From contig JBDRFG010000025.1 of the NCBI GenBank assembly GCA_043819135.1, positions 1 through 64,000 on the forward strand: a stretch of DNA of 64,000 bases. The letters run 5' to 3'. Positions 28,431 to 39,729 of the stretch are shown one piece after another (position 1 is the stretch's first letter; the number at the start of each line of letters is the position of its first letter). The position numbers were made by a program, and so were the translations under genes. The notes below the pieces were generated by a model. It was not told the DNA's origin and made no database searches. It saw only the letters and a program-made list of their open reading frames with translations. This stretch comes from Candidatus Eiseniibacteriota bacterium. GTDB lineage: Bacteria > Joyebacterota > Joyebacteria > Joyebacterales > Joyebacteraceae.

Positions 28431-29333
28431 ATGGACCAGGTATCCTGGCTGAAGCGACGCAAGCCCGGAATCAAGGACGCCAAGAAGCGCGAGATGCCCG
28501 ACGGTCTCTGGTGCAAGTGCGAGGGCTGCGGCGAGATCATCTACCACAAGGAACTCGAGAGGAACCTGTGGACATGCACCAAGTGCGTGTACCACTTCCG
28601 GATCTCCGCTGACCAGTACCGCGACATCCTGACGGACTCCGGCACGTTCGTCGAACTTCTGACGGGCATCGAGTCGACCGACCCCCTTGGGTTCGTGGAC
28701 TCGAAGAGCTACCCCGAGCGCCTCAGTGCCGCGAAGAAGAAGACGGGGCACAACTCGGCCGTCCTGACGGGGAGCGCCCGGATAGGAGGGCACCTTGCCA
28801 TGATGGCCATCCTCGACTTCCGGTTTCTCGGCGGGAGCATGGGCTCCGTCATGGGCGAGAAGATCGCGCGCCTGACGAGAATGGCCATCGAGGAGCGCAT
28901 CCCCCTCGTGACTCTGGCGAGTTCGGGCGGGGCGCGGATGCAGGAGGGCATTCTTTCGCTGATGCAGATGGCCAAGACGAGCGCCATGTTGGCCAAACTG
29001 CACGAGGAGGGGTTGCCGCACATCGCCATTCAGGTTCACCCGACGACCGGAGGCGTCACAGCGAGTTTCGCGTCCCTCGGGGATGTCATCGTGGCCGAGC
29101 CCGGCGCACTCATCGGTTTCGCGGGGCCGAGGGTCATCCAACAGACCATAAGGCAGGAGCTCCCGGAGGGGTTCCAGACATCGGAGTTCCTGTTGGAGCA
29201 CGGGATGATCGACATGGTGGTGCATCGCAAGGAGCTTAAGGCCGCCCTCGCCAAGCTCCTGAACTTCTTCTCGGACGACGAACGCGATTCCGCGGAGGAC
29301 GTGCTTGGCCAGGCAAGACGACAGGGCCTCTGA
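28431..29333 (+). CDS. accD: Acetyl-CoA carboxylase carboxyltransferase beta subunit
   Basis: Zinc finger CxxC..CxxC, 'GGSMG', 'SGGARMQEG', 'TTGGVTASF', 'FAGPRVI'. Confidence 0.96.
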   Translation: MDQVSWLKRRKPGIKDAKKREMPDGLWCKCEGCGEIIYHKELERNLWTCTKCVYHFRISADQYRDILTDSGTFVELLTGIESTDPLGFVDSKSYPERLSAAKKKTGHNSAVLTGSARIGGHLAMMAILDFRFLGGSMGSVMGEKIARLTRMAIEERIPLVTLASSGGARMQEGILSLMQMAKTSAMLAKLHEEGLPHIAIQVHPTTGGVTASFASLGDVIVAEPGALIGFAGPRVIQQTIRQELPEGFQTSEFLLEHGMIDMVVHRKELKAALAKLLNFFSDDERDSAEDVLGQARRQGL

Positions 29334-30615
29334 CGCATATAGGGCGTGCCTGGACTGGCTGTTCGCCCGCCATCGGTTCACGATGAAGCCCGGCCTCGAC
29401 CGCGTCGAGTGGTTGCTGGGGGCCGTCGGCTCGCCCCACGAGCAGTTCCGGATCGTGCACGTCGGCGGCACCAACGGCAAGGGCTCCACCTCCTGCATGA
29501 TAGCCTCCGTCCTCCGCGAGCACGACGTCCGGGTCGGGTTGTACACCTCTCCGCACGTGGTAGATTTCACCGAAAGAATTCTCGTCGGCTGCCGGCCCAT
29601 CAGTTCGGAGAGGGTGGTCGACCTTGTCGGGCGCCTCAAGCCGGCGGCGGAGGAGATGGAGGCCACCTTCTTCGAGATCGCCACCGCCGCGGCAGCGCTC
29701 TACTTCGCGGAGGAGAGTGTCGACATCGTTGTCGCCGAGGTCGGGCTCGGAGGCAGGCTCGACGCGACCAACGCGCTCGATTCGGTGCTGTCCGTTATCA
29801 CCAAGATCGCCATCGACCACTCGGAGGTGCTCGGGAGCGACATCGCGGCGATAGCATTCGAGAAGGCCGGCATCATACGCGAGTCGGGCACGGTCGTCAC
29901 GGGCGCCACGGGCGACGCGCTCGACGTCATTCGCGGAGTCGCCGCGGCGCGGAGGGCGCGATTCGTGTCCGTGGTGGAAGAGGCTCCGATCGATTCCGTT
30001 TCCGTGTCCTCGAACGGCAGCACGTTCGACCTGGAGTACGACTCGACCTCGTACGAGGCGCTGTCGGTCTCGACGCTCGGTCGCCATCAGGTGGACAACG
30101 CACGCGTGGCGGTCGTGGCTCTGCATGAACTGGACGGGCTTGGCATCTTCTCGATCTCCGAGGACGGGTTGAGACGTGGCCTCGCCGAGGCCTGCTGCAT
30201 GGGACGCATGCAGGTTATCGACCAGCGCCCGACGATCGTGGCGGACGTCGCGCACAATCCCGACGGAGCGCAAGCACTTCTGTCGTCGCTGCCGGAGGTC
30301 TTCGACTACGACCGGCTCATCGCGGTCGTCGGCATCATGGGAGACAAGGACGTGCGCGGGTTCCTCGCGGTGTTTCACGACCGGGCGGACCTGGTCATCC
30401 TGACCAGACCGGCCAGCGAACGCGCCGCCGACGTCGAGATCCTGAGCGCCATAGCGACGGAGCTCGATCTGCCACACCGCGTAGTTCCCAGCGCGGGAGC
30501 GGCGCTCCAGAGCGCGCTGTCCGAAGCCGGCGAAGGAGACCTTGTCTTGGTCACCGGTTCCCACTACACTGTTGGCGATATCCTGACCAGTCTGGGCGTC
30601 GGACAGGCGCTCTGA
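29305..30615 (+). CDS. folC: Folylpolyglutamate synthase/dihydrofolate synthase
   Basis: 'GGTNGKGS', 'TSPH', 'EVGLGGRLDATN', 'DVAHN', 'TGSHY'; follows accD. Confidence 0.93.
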   Translation: MARQDDRASDAYRACLDWLFARHRFTMKPGLDRVEWLLGAVGSPHEQFRIVHVGGTNGKGSTSCMIASVLREHDVRVGLYTSPHVVDFTERILVGCRPISSERVVDLVGRLKPAAEEMEATFFEIATAAAALYFAEESVDIVVAEVGLGGRLDATNALDSVLSVITKIAIDHSEVLGSDIAAIAFEKAGIIRESGTVVTGATGDALDVIRGVAAARRARFVSVVEEAPIDSVSVSSNGSTFDLEYDSTSYEALSVSTLGRHQVDNARVAVVALHELDGLGIFSISEDGLRRGLAEACCMGRMQVIDQRPTIVADVAHNPDGAQALLSSLPEVFDYDRLIAVVGIMGDKDVRGFLAVFHDRADLVILTRPASERAADVEILSAIATELDLPHRVVPSAGAALQSALSEAGEGDLVLVTGSHYTVGDILTSLGVGQAL

Positions 30616-30669
30616 GCGCGTAATCCAAGCCACGCGGTGCTCGAAGCTACGTAGGGCCGGGGAGGTACC

Positions 30670-31788
<1,119 letters not shown>

Positions 31789-31794
31789 GCCGGC

Positions 31795-32745
31795 GTGAGG
31801 GCTTATCTGGGCGTCGACATAGGCGGCACGAATATCAAGGCGGCTCTCGTTTCGGAAGAGGGCGTTCTGCTCTCCTTTCGCAACACGCGCTGGTCAGGAG
31901 GCGCAGCAGCAGCCGCCGTCGACGTCGTCTCCAGGCTTGGACTTGATCTCACCAGCTCTGCAGAGAGCCACGAAGTTATTGCCTGCGGTGTGGGGTCGGC
32001 GGGGCTCGTTGACACCGCCGCGGGCGTGGTTCGCCTCTCACCGAATCTTCCCGAGTGGCGTGACGTCAAACTCCGACGGATGATCGCAGCGGCGCTCGGG
32101 CTTCCAACCAACATCGAGAACGACGCCAACGCGGCGGCCTACGGCGAGTACGTGGTAGGCGCGGCGCGAGGTTCGTCCAACGCGGTCGTTCTCACCCTCG
32201 GCACCGGCATAGGCGGCGGGCTGATCCTGGACGGGAGGCTCTACAGGGGCGCCGGATTCGCCGGTGAGGTCGGTCACATGACCATCGACCAGGACGGCGA
32301 GGAATGCCTTTGCGGGAACGCGGGGTGCCTCGAACGTCTGGCGAACGCCGAGGCGGTCGTGCGGAACGTACACCGGCTCGTTGACTCGGGACGGGAGTCG
32401 ATCCTCGTCACCGGGGGGAACCGGTCGACCCTGACGGCGGAGCAGGTCGGGGAGGCCGCCGCCGCGGGCGACGCGGTCGCCACTGAAGCGCTGGACAGGA
32501 CCGGGCGTGCGCTGGGCGCCGGTCTGGCGAATCTGGTTGTCATCCTCGACCCCGACGTGATCGTGATAGGCGGCGGAGTGGCGGCGGCCGGCGAGCCGCT
32601 CCTGGCGCCCGCGCGAGACGAGATGGCTCGTCGCTGCTACTGCGGTGGCGCCTCGCTGCCGCGCGTGGTTCCGGCCGAACTCGGCAGCACAGCGGGGGTC
32701 GTCGGCGCGGCCCTCCTGGCCCGCGACGAGCTTCCGTCCGAGTGA
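31795..32745 (+). CDS. ROK family sugar kinase (glucokinase-like)
   Basis: 'DIGGT', 'ENDANAAA', 'TLGTGIGGG', 'GEVGH', 'CLCGNAGCLE'. Confidence 0.9.
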   Translation: MRAYLGVDIGGTNIKAALVSEEGVLLSFRNTRWSGGAAAAAVDVVSRLGLDLTSSAESHEVIACGVGSAGLVDTAAGVVRLSPNLPEWRDVKLRRMIAAALGLPTNIENDANAAAYGEYVVGAARGSSNAVVLTLGTGIGGGLILDGRLYRGAGFAGEVGHMTIDQDGEECLCGNAGCLERLANAEAVVRNVHRLVDSGRESILVTGGNRSTLTAEQVGEAAAAGDAVATEALDRTGRALGAGLANLVVILDPDVIVIGGGVAAAGEPLLAPARDEMARRCYCGGASLPRVVPAELGSTAGVVGAALLARDELPSE

Positions 32746-32794
32746 GCGGCAAAACTCCACGGACAGTGCTGTCCCCGAATCTGGTGGTGTCCTT

Positions 32795-35700
32795 TTGAAG
32801 CTGCCCTCGACAGTCGTTTCCCTTCTCGTCGCGACGTTCCTGGTTGCCCTGCCCGCGGGTGCATCGCCCGCCTCGCAGTCGGCGCCTGACCCCGATCAGT
32901 TCATGATCACCGCAGAGAGCGTGGAGGCCGGGGATGGCCCCCGCGGCAGGGTAGTGCGACTCGAGGAGAACGTGACGATAACCCGCCTCAGAGCCACTCT
33001 GACGGGGGACCGGGGCGTATACTACGAGTCGGAAGGGCACGCGATCATTTTCGGCAACGTCACGGGCGAGGACGGCGGACGAACCGTCGCCTGTGACACC
33101 CTCGACTACTTCCTGGACACGGACACTGCTCTTCTGAGGGGCAACGCCTCCTACAGCGACACGTCCGGCACGACCACCGCCGACAGGATCCACATGCTGA
33201 GGTCGGAGAACGTCGCCGTGTGCCTGGGCAACGTCCGTTCCTCGGACATCGAGGGCACCTTCCGGCTGCTGGCGGACAAGCTCGTCTACGACTTCGACGC
33301 CGGCGTGGGAAGAGCGTCGAGAGAACCGTCGCTTCTGACCTACAGCGAGGAGGGTCTACAAGACGGGAAGCTCGCCGCTGATGTCATCGAGTTCAGCGCC
33401 GCCGCCGACGCCATCCGCGCTTTCGGCGGCGTGTCCATAGAGCGGGAGGACATCACGGCCTTTGCTTCGGCGGCGTCCGTCGTCAGTGGCGGCGGGATCG
33501 AGCTCACCGGCGACCCGTCCGTCGAACAGGCGGGGGACGGGCTGACCGGCGACCTCATCATCGTCTCGACCGACGACGGCGAGGTCTCCCGTGTGGTATC
33601 CGTCGGGAATGCCAGAGCCACGTACAGCGTCGAGCCGGAAGAGCCCGGCGAGACTCCGTCGCACGGGATCGTCAGCGGCGATACGCTGACCATGTTCATT
33701 GAGGACGGCCGGCCCGTGCTGACGACCGTCCGCGGACACGCGGCGAGCGAGCACACGGTCGGCGGGTCGGGGGAGAGGAACTATGTCGACTCCCGCGCCA
33801 TCGACGTGCTGTTCACGGAGGGGCGCATCAAGCGCGTTACCTTCCGGGGGCGGGCCACCGGCACGTATTCTTTTCCGCCCGAGGGGGCAGAGCCGCCCGA
33901 GGGGGCCGATGGCGCCGCGCTACCCGAGTCGCTCGACACCCCGACCGCCGAAGCGCCCTCGGATTCCCTCGAACTCGAGACCGTCGTTTACCAGAGCGAT
34001 GAGATCAACTACTACGTGGCGCGCAACCGGATCGTTCTGGCGGGCTCGGCGCGGGTCGACTACCAATCGACCGTTCTGTTCGCCGATGACGTCATCTTCG
34101 ACCCGAGCGAGCAGGTCATGGAAGCATCCGGCAATCCGGACCTCCGCGAGCAGTCGGACAGGCTGGTAGGGGACCACCTGAGCTACGATCTCGAGGGTAA
34201 GACGGGGTCGATCGACGGTGGCGTCACGACGTTCGAGGACGGTCTCTACTACGGCGACCACATCGTACGCGAGGAAGACGGTACGCTCAGGGTGCGCCAT
34301 GGCACCTACACGACCTGCTCGAATCCCGAGCCTCATTTCAGTCTCGTCGCACACAGAATGAAGATCTACATGAACGACAAGGTTGTCGCCAAGCCTGTCA
34401 TCCTCTACATTGGGAAGATGCCTGTGCTTGCGCTGCCGTTCTATGTCTTTCCCATCAGGAAGGAGCGGCACTCCGGCTTCCTGCTTCCTCAACTCGAGCT
34501 CGGGATCTCCGAGGGCGAGGGGCGGTTCGTGCGGAACTTCGGCTACTACTGGGCGCCGAGCGATTATTGGGACGCGTCCTTGTGGGCCGACTACTACGAA
34601 CAGACGAAGTGGATCGGCCACGTGGAGACCAGGTACAAGCTCAGGTACGTCCTCTCCGGTAGCGTGAAGGCGTCGTTCATGGAGGAGCTTCTCTACAACA
34701 AGCGCCGGTGGGACCTCAAATTCAGCCACAGGCAGGAGTTGGGGAGGGTGTGGACCGCGGGCGCCTCGGGTGACTTCCGAAGCGACGCGACCTACGCCAG
34801 CGACTCGAACCAGAGCATTCAGGAGAGCGTCAACCGGAGCCTCCACTCTCAGCTCTGGGTCCGCGGAACGTGGAGCAGCCGCTCGGTCGGCGTCACGGTC
34901 GACCGACGCGAGCAGCTGGACGCCGAGACCATCAGCGAGCTTCTTCCCAAGGTCGAGGTGACGGCGACGAGTCAGCCCGTCGTTGCTTCCGACCGCGAAC
35001 TGCCGGGGTACGCTGCCTGGCTCAAGAAGGTCTCGTTCGGGTGGAGCGCCCGGGCGGTCAACGATCGGGACGTGGCGGGAGACGAGGAGGTCGTCCACCA
35101 GGGTCTGGGAGTCAGCGGGTCGCTCCGAGGGACCGGCAAGCTCCTTGGCTGGCTGAATCTGTCGCCACGGCTCAGCTTCGCGCAGAACTGGTACGATCGC
35201 GACAAGAGCGGCGAGAAGCTCCCCGGGCGCTTCACTTACGATGCCGGCCTGTCCACGGGGACCACCGTCTACGGGACGTTCTTCCCCGACAAGCTGGGGT
35301 TTCTAGCCCTCAGGCACATCGTCGAGCCGTCCGCGTCGTTCTCGTGGACGCCCGAGTTCCCGCAGTACTTCGACGAGAGCGGGCTCGATCGCTTCTACTC
35401 GTTCAGCGGTTTCGGTTCGACGCCGGGTTCCAAGAGATCGGTGAGCCTGTCGGTCGTCAACAAACTGCAGGCGAAACTGGGTTCGGGCGAATCGGAGCGA
35501 AAGCTAGACAACCTGCTGAGACTTTCGACGTCGACATCGTACGATCTCAAGAAGGACGACAAGTCGTGGTCGGACCTGGTCACGGGGCTCGAACTGCGCC
35601 CGGGACCCGCCGTGTCCATGAGATGGAACGCTCGGCACGACGCATACGGCGGCGCGATAGAGAGTTCGACAGTAACGGCGTCGCTCGACATCAGGGGAGA

Positions 35701-36136
35701 GCCCTCGAGCGCGTCGGCCGAGCCGTGGGAAGACCGCGTAGCGCGGACCGATTCCCCGGCAGAGGAGCTTCGGCGCGAGCTCGAGGCGAAGTCGATCGGA
35801 TCGCTCCCGGGCGACAAGACCTGGGACGCCTCGCTGGCCTTCCGCTACTCCCGGGGCGCCGACCCCGGGAACGCCTCGTACTGGGTCGACGGAGGGGTGG
35901 CGTTCTCACCGTCCCGTAGGTGGCGGCTGAACTACGCAGTGCACTACGACCTCAAGGAGAGGGAGGTCGCGAGCCAGGAATACACCATCTACAGGGACCT
36001 GCACTGCTGGGAAGCCCAGTTCACGCGCCGCTACTACGAGGGCGAGTGGCAGTACTACTTCCGCATCAGCGTCAAGGCGCTCCCAGAGATCCAGGCGGAG
36101 TCCGGCAGGAAGTTTATCCGGCGCTCGGTCCGCTAG
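32795..36136 (+). CDS. lptD: LPS-assembly protein LptD with extended N-terminal OstA/LptA-like region
   Basis: TTG start plus signal peptide; OstA-like beta repeats; LptD core 'YTTCSNPEPHF', 'RHSGFLLP'; C-terminal 'YRDLHCWE'. Confidence 0.8.
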   Translation: MKLPSTVVSLLVATFLVALPAGASPASQSAPDPDQFMITAESVEAGDGPRGRVVRLEENVTITRLRATLTGDRGVYYESEGHAIIFGNVTGEDGGRTVACDTLDYFLDTDTALLRGNASYSDTSGTTTADRIHMLRSENVAVCLGNVRSSDIEGTFRLLADKLVYDFDAGVGRASREPSLLTYSEEGLQDGKLAADVIEFSAAADAIRAFGGVSIEREDITAFASAASVVSGGGIELTGDPSVEQAGDGLTGDLIIVSTDDGEVSRVVSVGNARATYSVEPEEPGETPSHGIVSGDTLTMFIEDGRPVLTTVRGHAASEHTVGGSGERNYVDSRAIDVLFTEGRIKRVTFRGRATGTYSFPPEGAEPPEGADGAALPESLDTPTAEAPSDSLELETVVYQSDEINYYVARNRIVLAGSARVDYQSTVLFADDVIFDPSEQVMEASGNPDLREQSDRLVGDHLSYDLEGKTGSIDGGVTTFEDGLYYGDHIVREEDGTLRVRHGTYTTCSNPEPHFSLVAHRMKIYMNDKVVAKPVILYIGKMPVLALPFYVFPIRKERHSGFLLPQLELGISEGEGRFVRNFGYYWAPSDYWDASLWADYYEQTKWIGHVETRYKLRYVLSGSVKASFMEELLYNKRRWDLKFSHRQELGRVWTAGASGDFRSDATYASDSNQSIQESVNRSLHSQLWVRGTWSSRSVGVTVDRREQLDAETISELLPKVEVTATSQPVVASDRELPGYAAWLKKVSFGWSARAVNDRDVAGDEEVVHQGLGVSGSLRGTGKLLGWLNLSPRLSFAQNWYDRDKSGEKLPGRFTYDAGLSTGTTVYGTFFPDKLGFLALRHIVEPSASFSWTPEFPQYFDESGLDRFYSFSGFGSTPGSKRSVSLSVVNKLQAKLGSGESERKLDNLLRLSTSTSYDLKKDDKSWSDLVTGLELRPGPAVSMRWNARHDAYGGAIESSTVTASLDIRGEPSSASAEPWEDRVARTDSPAEELRRELEAKSIGSLPGDKTWDASLAFRYSRGADPGNASYWVDGGVAFSPSRRWRLNYAVHYDLKEREVASQEYTIYRDLHCWEAQFTRRYYEGEWQYYFRISVKALPEIQAESGRKFIRRSVR

Positions 36137-36211
36137 CACACACCACTTATAGAGCAATTACGGCGGTTTCCAAAAGAGACCCGATTCTAGGAGCTTTTCG
36201 GACGATTCCTA

Positions 36212-36240
36212 TTGACAAGATGCGGGGTGTGCTGTAGTTT
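36212..36240 (+). promoter_or_regulatory. Sigma70-type promoter (TTGACA-N17-TAGTTT)
   Basis: AT-rich intergenic region upstream of the HU gene. Confidence 0.65.
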
Positions 36241-36304
36241 GCCCCCACGTTTAGGGCGTTCTCTGTGCAAGCGTAGTCTGGAGATGGCTGAGAGGGAGGT
36301 TCGG

Positions 36305-36589
36305 ATGAACAAGGCTGAACTGGTCGAGAAGCTGGCTGCAAAGGCAGAGCTGTCGAATAGAGCCGCCAAGGACATTGTTGACGCGCTTTTCGCCATCAAC
36401 GACGGCATCATCCCCAGGGAGCTCAAGTCCAAGGGCAAGGTTCAGATCACGGGCTTCGGCACCTTCAGCGCTGACCACAGGCCGGCACGCGACTGGCGGA
36501 TCCCGGGCACGGACAAGACCAAGCACGTCGGCGCGCACCACTATCCGAAGTTCAAGGCCGGCAAGTCGTTGAAGGACTTCGTGAAGTAG
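36305..36589 (+). CDS. hup: HU family DNA-binding protein (atypical arm)
   Basis: 'MNKAELV', 'VQITGFGTF', 'PKFKAGKSLK'; GGAGG SD. Confidence 0.9.
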   Translation: MNKAELVEKLAAKAELSNRAAKDIVDALFAINDGIIPRELKSKGKVQITGFGTFSADHRPARDWRIPGTDKTKHVGAHHYPKFKAGKSLKDFVK

Positions 36590-36617
36590 CAGTCGACGAT
36601 CGCAGCTGGAGATGTGG

Positions 36618-36646
36618 GAGGCGGGAGATCGATGATCTCCCGCCTC
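36618..36646 (+). terminator. 13-bp perfect hairpin after HU
   Basis: GAGGCGGGAGATC-gat-GATCTCCCGCCTC; no strong U-tract. Confidence 0.55.
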
Positions 36647-36793
36647 TGCTCGTACCGACGGGCTCGGGCTCGGGCGGCAGGCGCCGGATGTGCCGCGTGA
36701 GGGACGAACGATGTTGACACGCGCTCCCACCGTGGCGCAGGATGATGCGGAATGTGGTCGCTCTTTGGGCCGCGCGTCCGAACGGAGGAGCAG

Positions 36794-37132
36794 ATGGGTG
36801 AATTCACCGGGCTTCTGGAACTCCTCGGCGCCCTGTTCCGTATCTTCGGCCTGGGACAGAACGCGATATTCCCTGTGGCAGGGCTTCTGATCGTGTTCTT
36901 CCTGATCGCCCTTCCGGCGGGGCTCGCGGCGCAGTCCGCCCGGGTTCGAACCGGTCGCGCGGGGATGATAGGAGAGCGCGGCGTGGCCGTGACCGACGTC
37001 CGGCCGAGGGGCCGCGTCTTCGTCCACAGCGAGTACTGGAACGCCGTATGCGACGAGGGCGCAGGGTCAGGCGATGAGATCGAGGTCGAAGCCGTCGACG
37101 GAATGGTCCTGAAGGTCAAGCGGGTCCAATAG
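36794..37132 (+). CDS. nfeD: Short NfeD family protein (TM plus OB fold)
   Basis: '[11 protein letters not shown]', '[12 protein letters not shown]', 'VDGMVLKV'; precedes slipin. Confidence 0.8.
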   Translation: MGEFTGLLELLGALFRIFGLGQNAIFPVAGLLIVFFLIALPAGLAAQSARVRTGRAGMIGERGVAVTDVRPRGRVFVHSEYWNAVCDEGAGSGDEIEVEAVDGMVLKVKRVQ

Positions 37133-37142
37133 GAGGTGCAGT

Positions 37143-37895
37143 ATGGGCGGAGCACTAATCATCGTATTGCTGATTCTGGTTCTCCTCAAGATGTCGATCT
37201 ACGTGTTGAGGGAATACGAGCGCGGAGTAATGTTCAGGCTGGGCCGGCTCGTGGGCGTCAGGGGCCCCGGTCTCATTCTGATCATTCCCTTCTTCGACCG
37301 CATGGTTCGCGTGAGCCTCCGGATAGTCGCGATGGACGTGCCCCCACAGGACGTCGTGACCAAGGACAACGTCTCCGTCAAGGTGAACGCCGTCGTCTAC
37401 TTCCGGGTGTTCGAGCCTGACAAGGCCATCGTCGAGGTTCAGGACTACAACTACGCTACGTCGCAGCTCTCACAGACCACGCTGAGGAGCGTCATCGGCG
37501 GCGCCGAGCTCGACGAGCTCCTGTCCGCGCGCGAGAAGATCAATCAGGAACTCCAGTCCATCCTGGACCGCCAGACCGACAGCTGGGGCATCAAGGTCTC
37601 GGCGGTCGAGGTCAAGCACGTCGACCTCCCCGACACCATGCAGCGCGCCATAGCGAAGCAGGCGGAGGCGGAGAGGGAGCGCCGGGCCAAGGTGATCCAC
37701 GCCTTGGGCGAGCTTCAGGCCTCAGAGAAGCTCTCCCAGGCCGCTCACGTGCTCGCGACCGAGCCGATATCGATACAGCTCCGCTTCCTGCAGACGCTGA
37801 GCGAGATAGCCGTCGAGAAGAACTCGACGATAGTATTCCCGGTTCCGATCGACATCGTCGAGCACTTCATGAAGGGCAAGATCGGCAAGGACTGA
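37143..37895 (+). CDS. Slipin/SPFH (stomatin-like) protein
   Basis: '[10 protein letters not shown]', '[14 protein letters not shown]', '[11 protein letters not shown]'. Confidence 0.93.
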   Translation: MGGALIIVLLILVLLKMSIYVLREYERGVMFRLGRLVGVRGPGLILIIPFFDRMVRVSLRIVAMDVPPQDVVTKDNVSVKVNAVVYFRVFEPDKAIVEVQDYNYATSQLSQTTLRSVIGGAELDELLSAREKINQELQSILDRQTDSWGIKVSAVEVKHVDLPDTMQRAIAKQAEAERERRAKVIHALGELQASEKLSQAAHVLATEPISIQLRFLQTLSEIAVEKNSTIVFPVPIDIVEHFMKGKIGKD

Positions 37896-38039
37896 GTCGG
37901 ACCCGAAGGACCGACCCGGGCGCCCGAGGGCAGGCGGAACGCGGGCTTCTCGGGACAGGGAACTGCGGGCGACGACAGGGAAAACCACTCGGGCCGGGTG
38001 GATTGCTCCACCCGGCCTCTCCACATCTCTGGTGACCGG

Positions 38040-39725
38040 ATGATACTGAACGGCTCGAAGCGTGACTGGGCGCTCGCTTCAGTGGACGCCCGGATCGCGT
38101 CCGACATACAGCGCGGCGCGGGCGTCTCGGAACCCTTCTCCCGCGTGCTCGCCGCGAGAGGCGTCGGCTCTGCGGACGAGGCGGTCCGTTTCTTGTGCGC
38201 TGCTGACGATCCGCTTCCGGATCCCCACCTGCTGCCGGACGCGGACCGGGTTGTGAAGAGAGTCCGCACGGCACTGGAGTCGCGGGAACTCATCGCCGTG
38301 CACGGCCACGACGACGCCGACGGCGTGACGGCCACGACCGTTATGCTCGAGGCCCTCGACCAGCTTGGCGCTTCCGTCATTTCCTACATCCCGGACCGCA
38401 AAGTGGAGGGACACGGGTTCAGCCGCGAGGAACTTGACCGTCTGCACGCCGCTGGAGTGGGTCTCATTGTCACGGTCGACAGCTGCGTAAGCGACAGAGA
38501 GTTCATCCGCTACGGCAACGAACTCGGGATCGATACGATAGTCACCGACCATCACGAAATCCCGCCGGAGCTTCCGCCGGCGGTCGCCATAGTCAATCCG
38601 AAGCTACCCGATTCGCGGTTCCCATACCGCTACATGGCGGGTGTCGGTGTCGCGCTCAGGGTGGCCGACCTTCTTTTCGACGAACTGCGCGGCCAGTTCG
38701 GGCCGGCCGGCGAGAATGTTCCCTGGTACGGTCCGAGGTGGCGACAGGAGTCGCTCGCGCTCGCGGCCATCGGCTCCATCGCCGACAAGGTTCCGCTCAC
38801 CGGGGACAACAGGGCCATCGTTACGCAGGGCCTGGCGGAGGCTCCCTCCACGGATCGCGTGGGACTTCGGGCCGCTCTGGAAGAGGGACGTCTGTGGGGG
38901 AGGGAGCTGTCGCCAGAGGACGTGCGGGACTCGCTCGGACGGCTCTTGGGGCGCGCTCCCGGAGACAAGCCGGGTACGCAGAAGGCGCTCGAGCTACTGC
39001 TTGCGCGGGATCCCGACCATGCCCGCGCGCTCGCCGCGGCTCTCTTCGGGCGTCAGGTGCGATGGCGCGAATCCGCGACGGCCGCATGGAAGAAGGTGCG
39101 CGAGAGCCTCGAGAGGGACGGCGGCGCGTCATCGTCTCAGGTGGTCGTCCTGGAATCGGATGTTCCGATGGGTGTTGTGGGATACGTCGCGTCCCGCCTC
39201 ACGGAGGAGATCGGCCGCCCCACCATCATCATCACCAGGCGGGGCTCCGAATCGGTGGCGGAGGCGAGGGGGCCCGCGGGATTCAACTTCGTGGACGCGT
39301 TCGCAACCATGCGCGAGCTCTTCATCGGTTATGGCGGGCATCCCCGCGCCGCGGGCTTTTCCATGGTGTCCTCAGAAGTGCCGCGATTCAGAGAGAGAAT
39401 GGACGAGTTCGCCCGGTCGAATCCGCCGGCACCGGCCCCCCGGCAGCTGGACGCGGAGCTGCGACTCGAAGAGGCGACGTCGGAGCTTGGGCGGGAACTA
39501 GAACGGATGTGGCCGTTCGGGCAGGCGCATCACCGGGCCATGTTCCTGGCACGCGGCGTGACTTCGACCACGGTCGACGACGCGGAAGCGCGGGGTGTGA
39601 GGTTCGGGACTCCCGTGAGGATCGGTGAGCGACCCACGGACGTGATCTTCAGACTCCGCGACTCGGACGGCGTGGCTCTCGTCAGCATCCTCGACACGAT
39701 ACCTTCTCGCGGGTCCGGAGGCTAG
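38040..39725 (+). CDS. recJ: RecJ-like DHH phosphoesterase (divergent)
   Basis: 'GHDDADG', 'YIPDR.EGHG', 'TVD', 'TDHH', 'VNPK', 'IADKVPL', 'GGHPRAAG'. Confidence 0.75.
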   Translation: MILNGSKRDWALASVDARIASDIQRGAGVSEPFSRVLAARGVGSADEAVRFLCAADDPLPDPHLLPDADRVVKRVRTALESRELIAVHGHDDADGVTATTVMLEALDQLGASVISYIPDRKVEGHGFSREELDRLHAAGVGLIVTVDSCVSDREFIRYGNELGIDTIVTDHHEIPPELPPAVAIVNPKLPDSRFPYRYMAGVGVALRVADLLFDELRGQFGPAGENVPWYGPRWRQESLALAAIGSIADKVPLTGDNRAIVTQGLAEAPSTDRVGLRAALEEGRLWGRELSPEDVRDSLGRLLGRAPGDKPGTQKALELLLARDPDHARALAAALFGRQVRWRESATAAWKKVRESLERDGGASSSQVVVLESDVPMGVVGYVASRLTEEIGRPTIIITRRGSESVAEARGPAGFNFVDAFATMRELFIGYGGHPRAAGFSMVSSEVPRFRERMDEFARSNPPAPAPRQLDAELRLEEATSELGRELERMWPFGQAHHRAMFLARGVTSTTVDDAEARGVRFGTPVRIGERPTDVIFRLRDSDGVALVSILDTIPSRGSGG

Positions 39726-39729
39726 ATCG

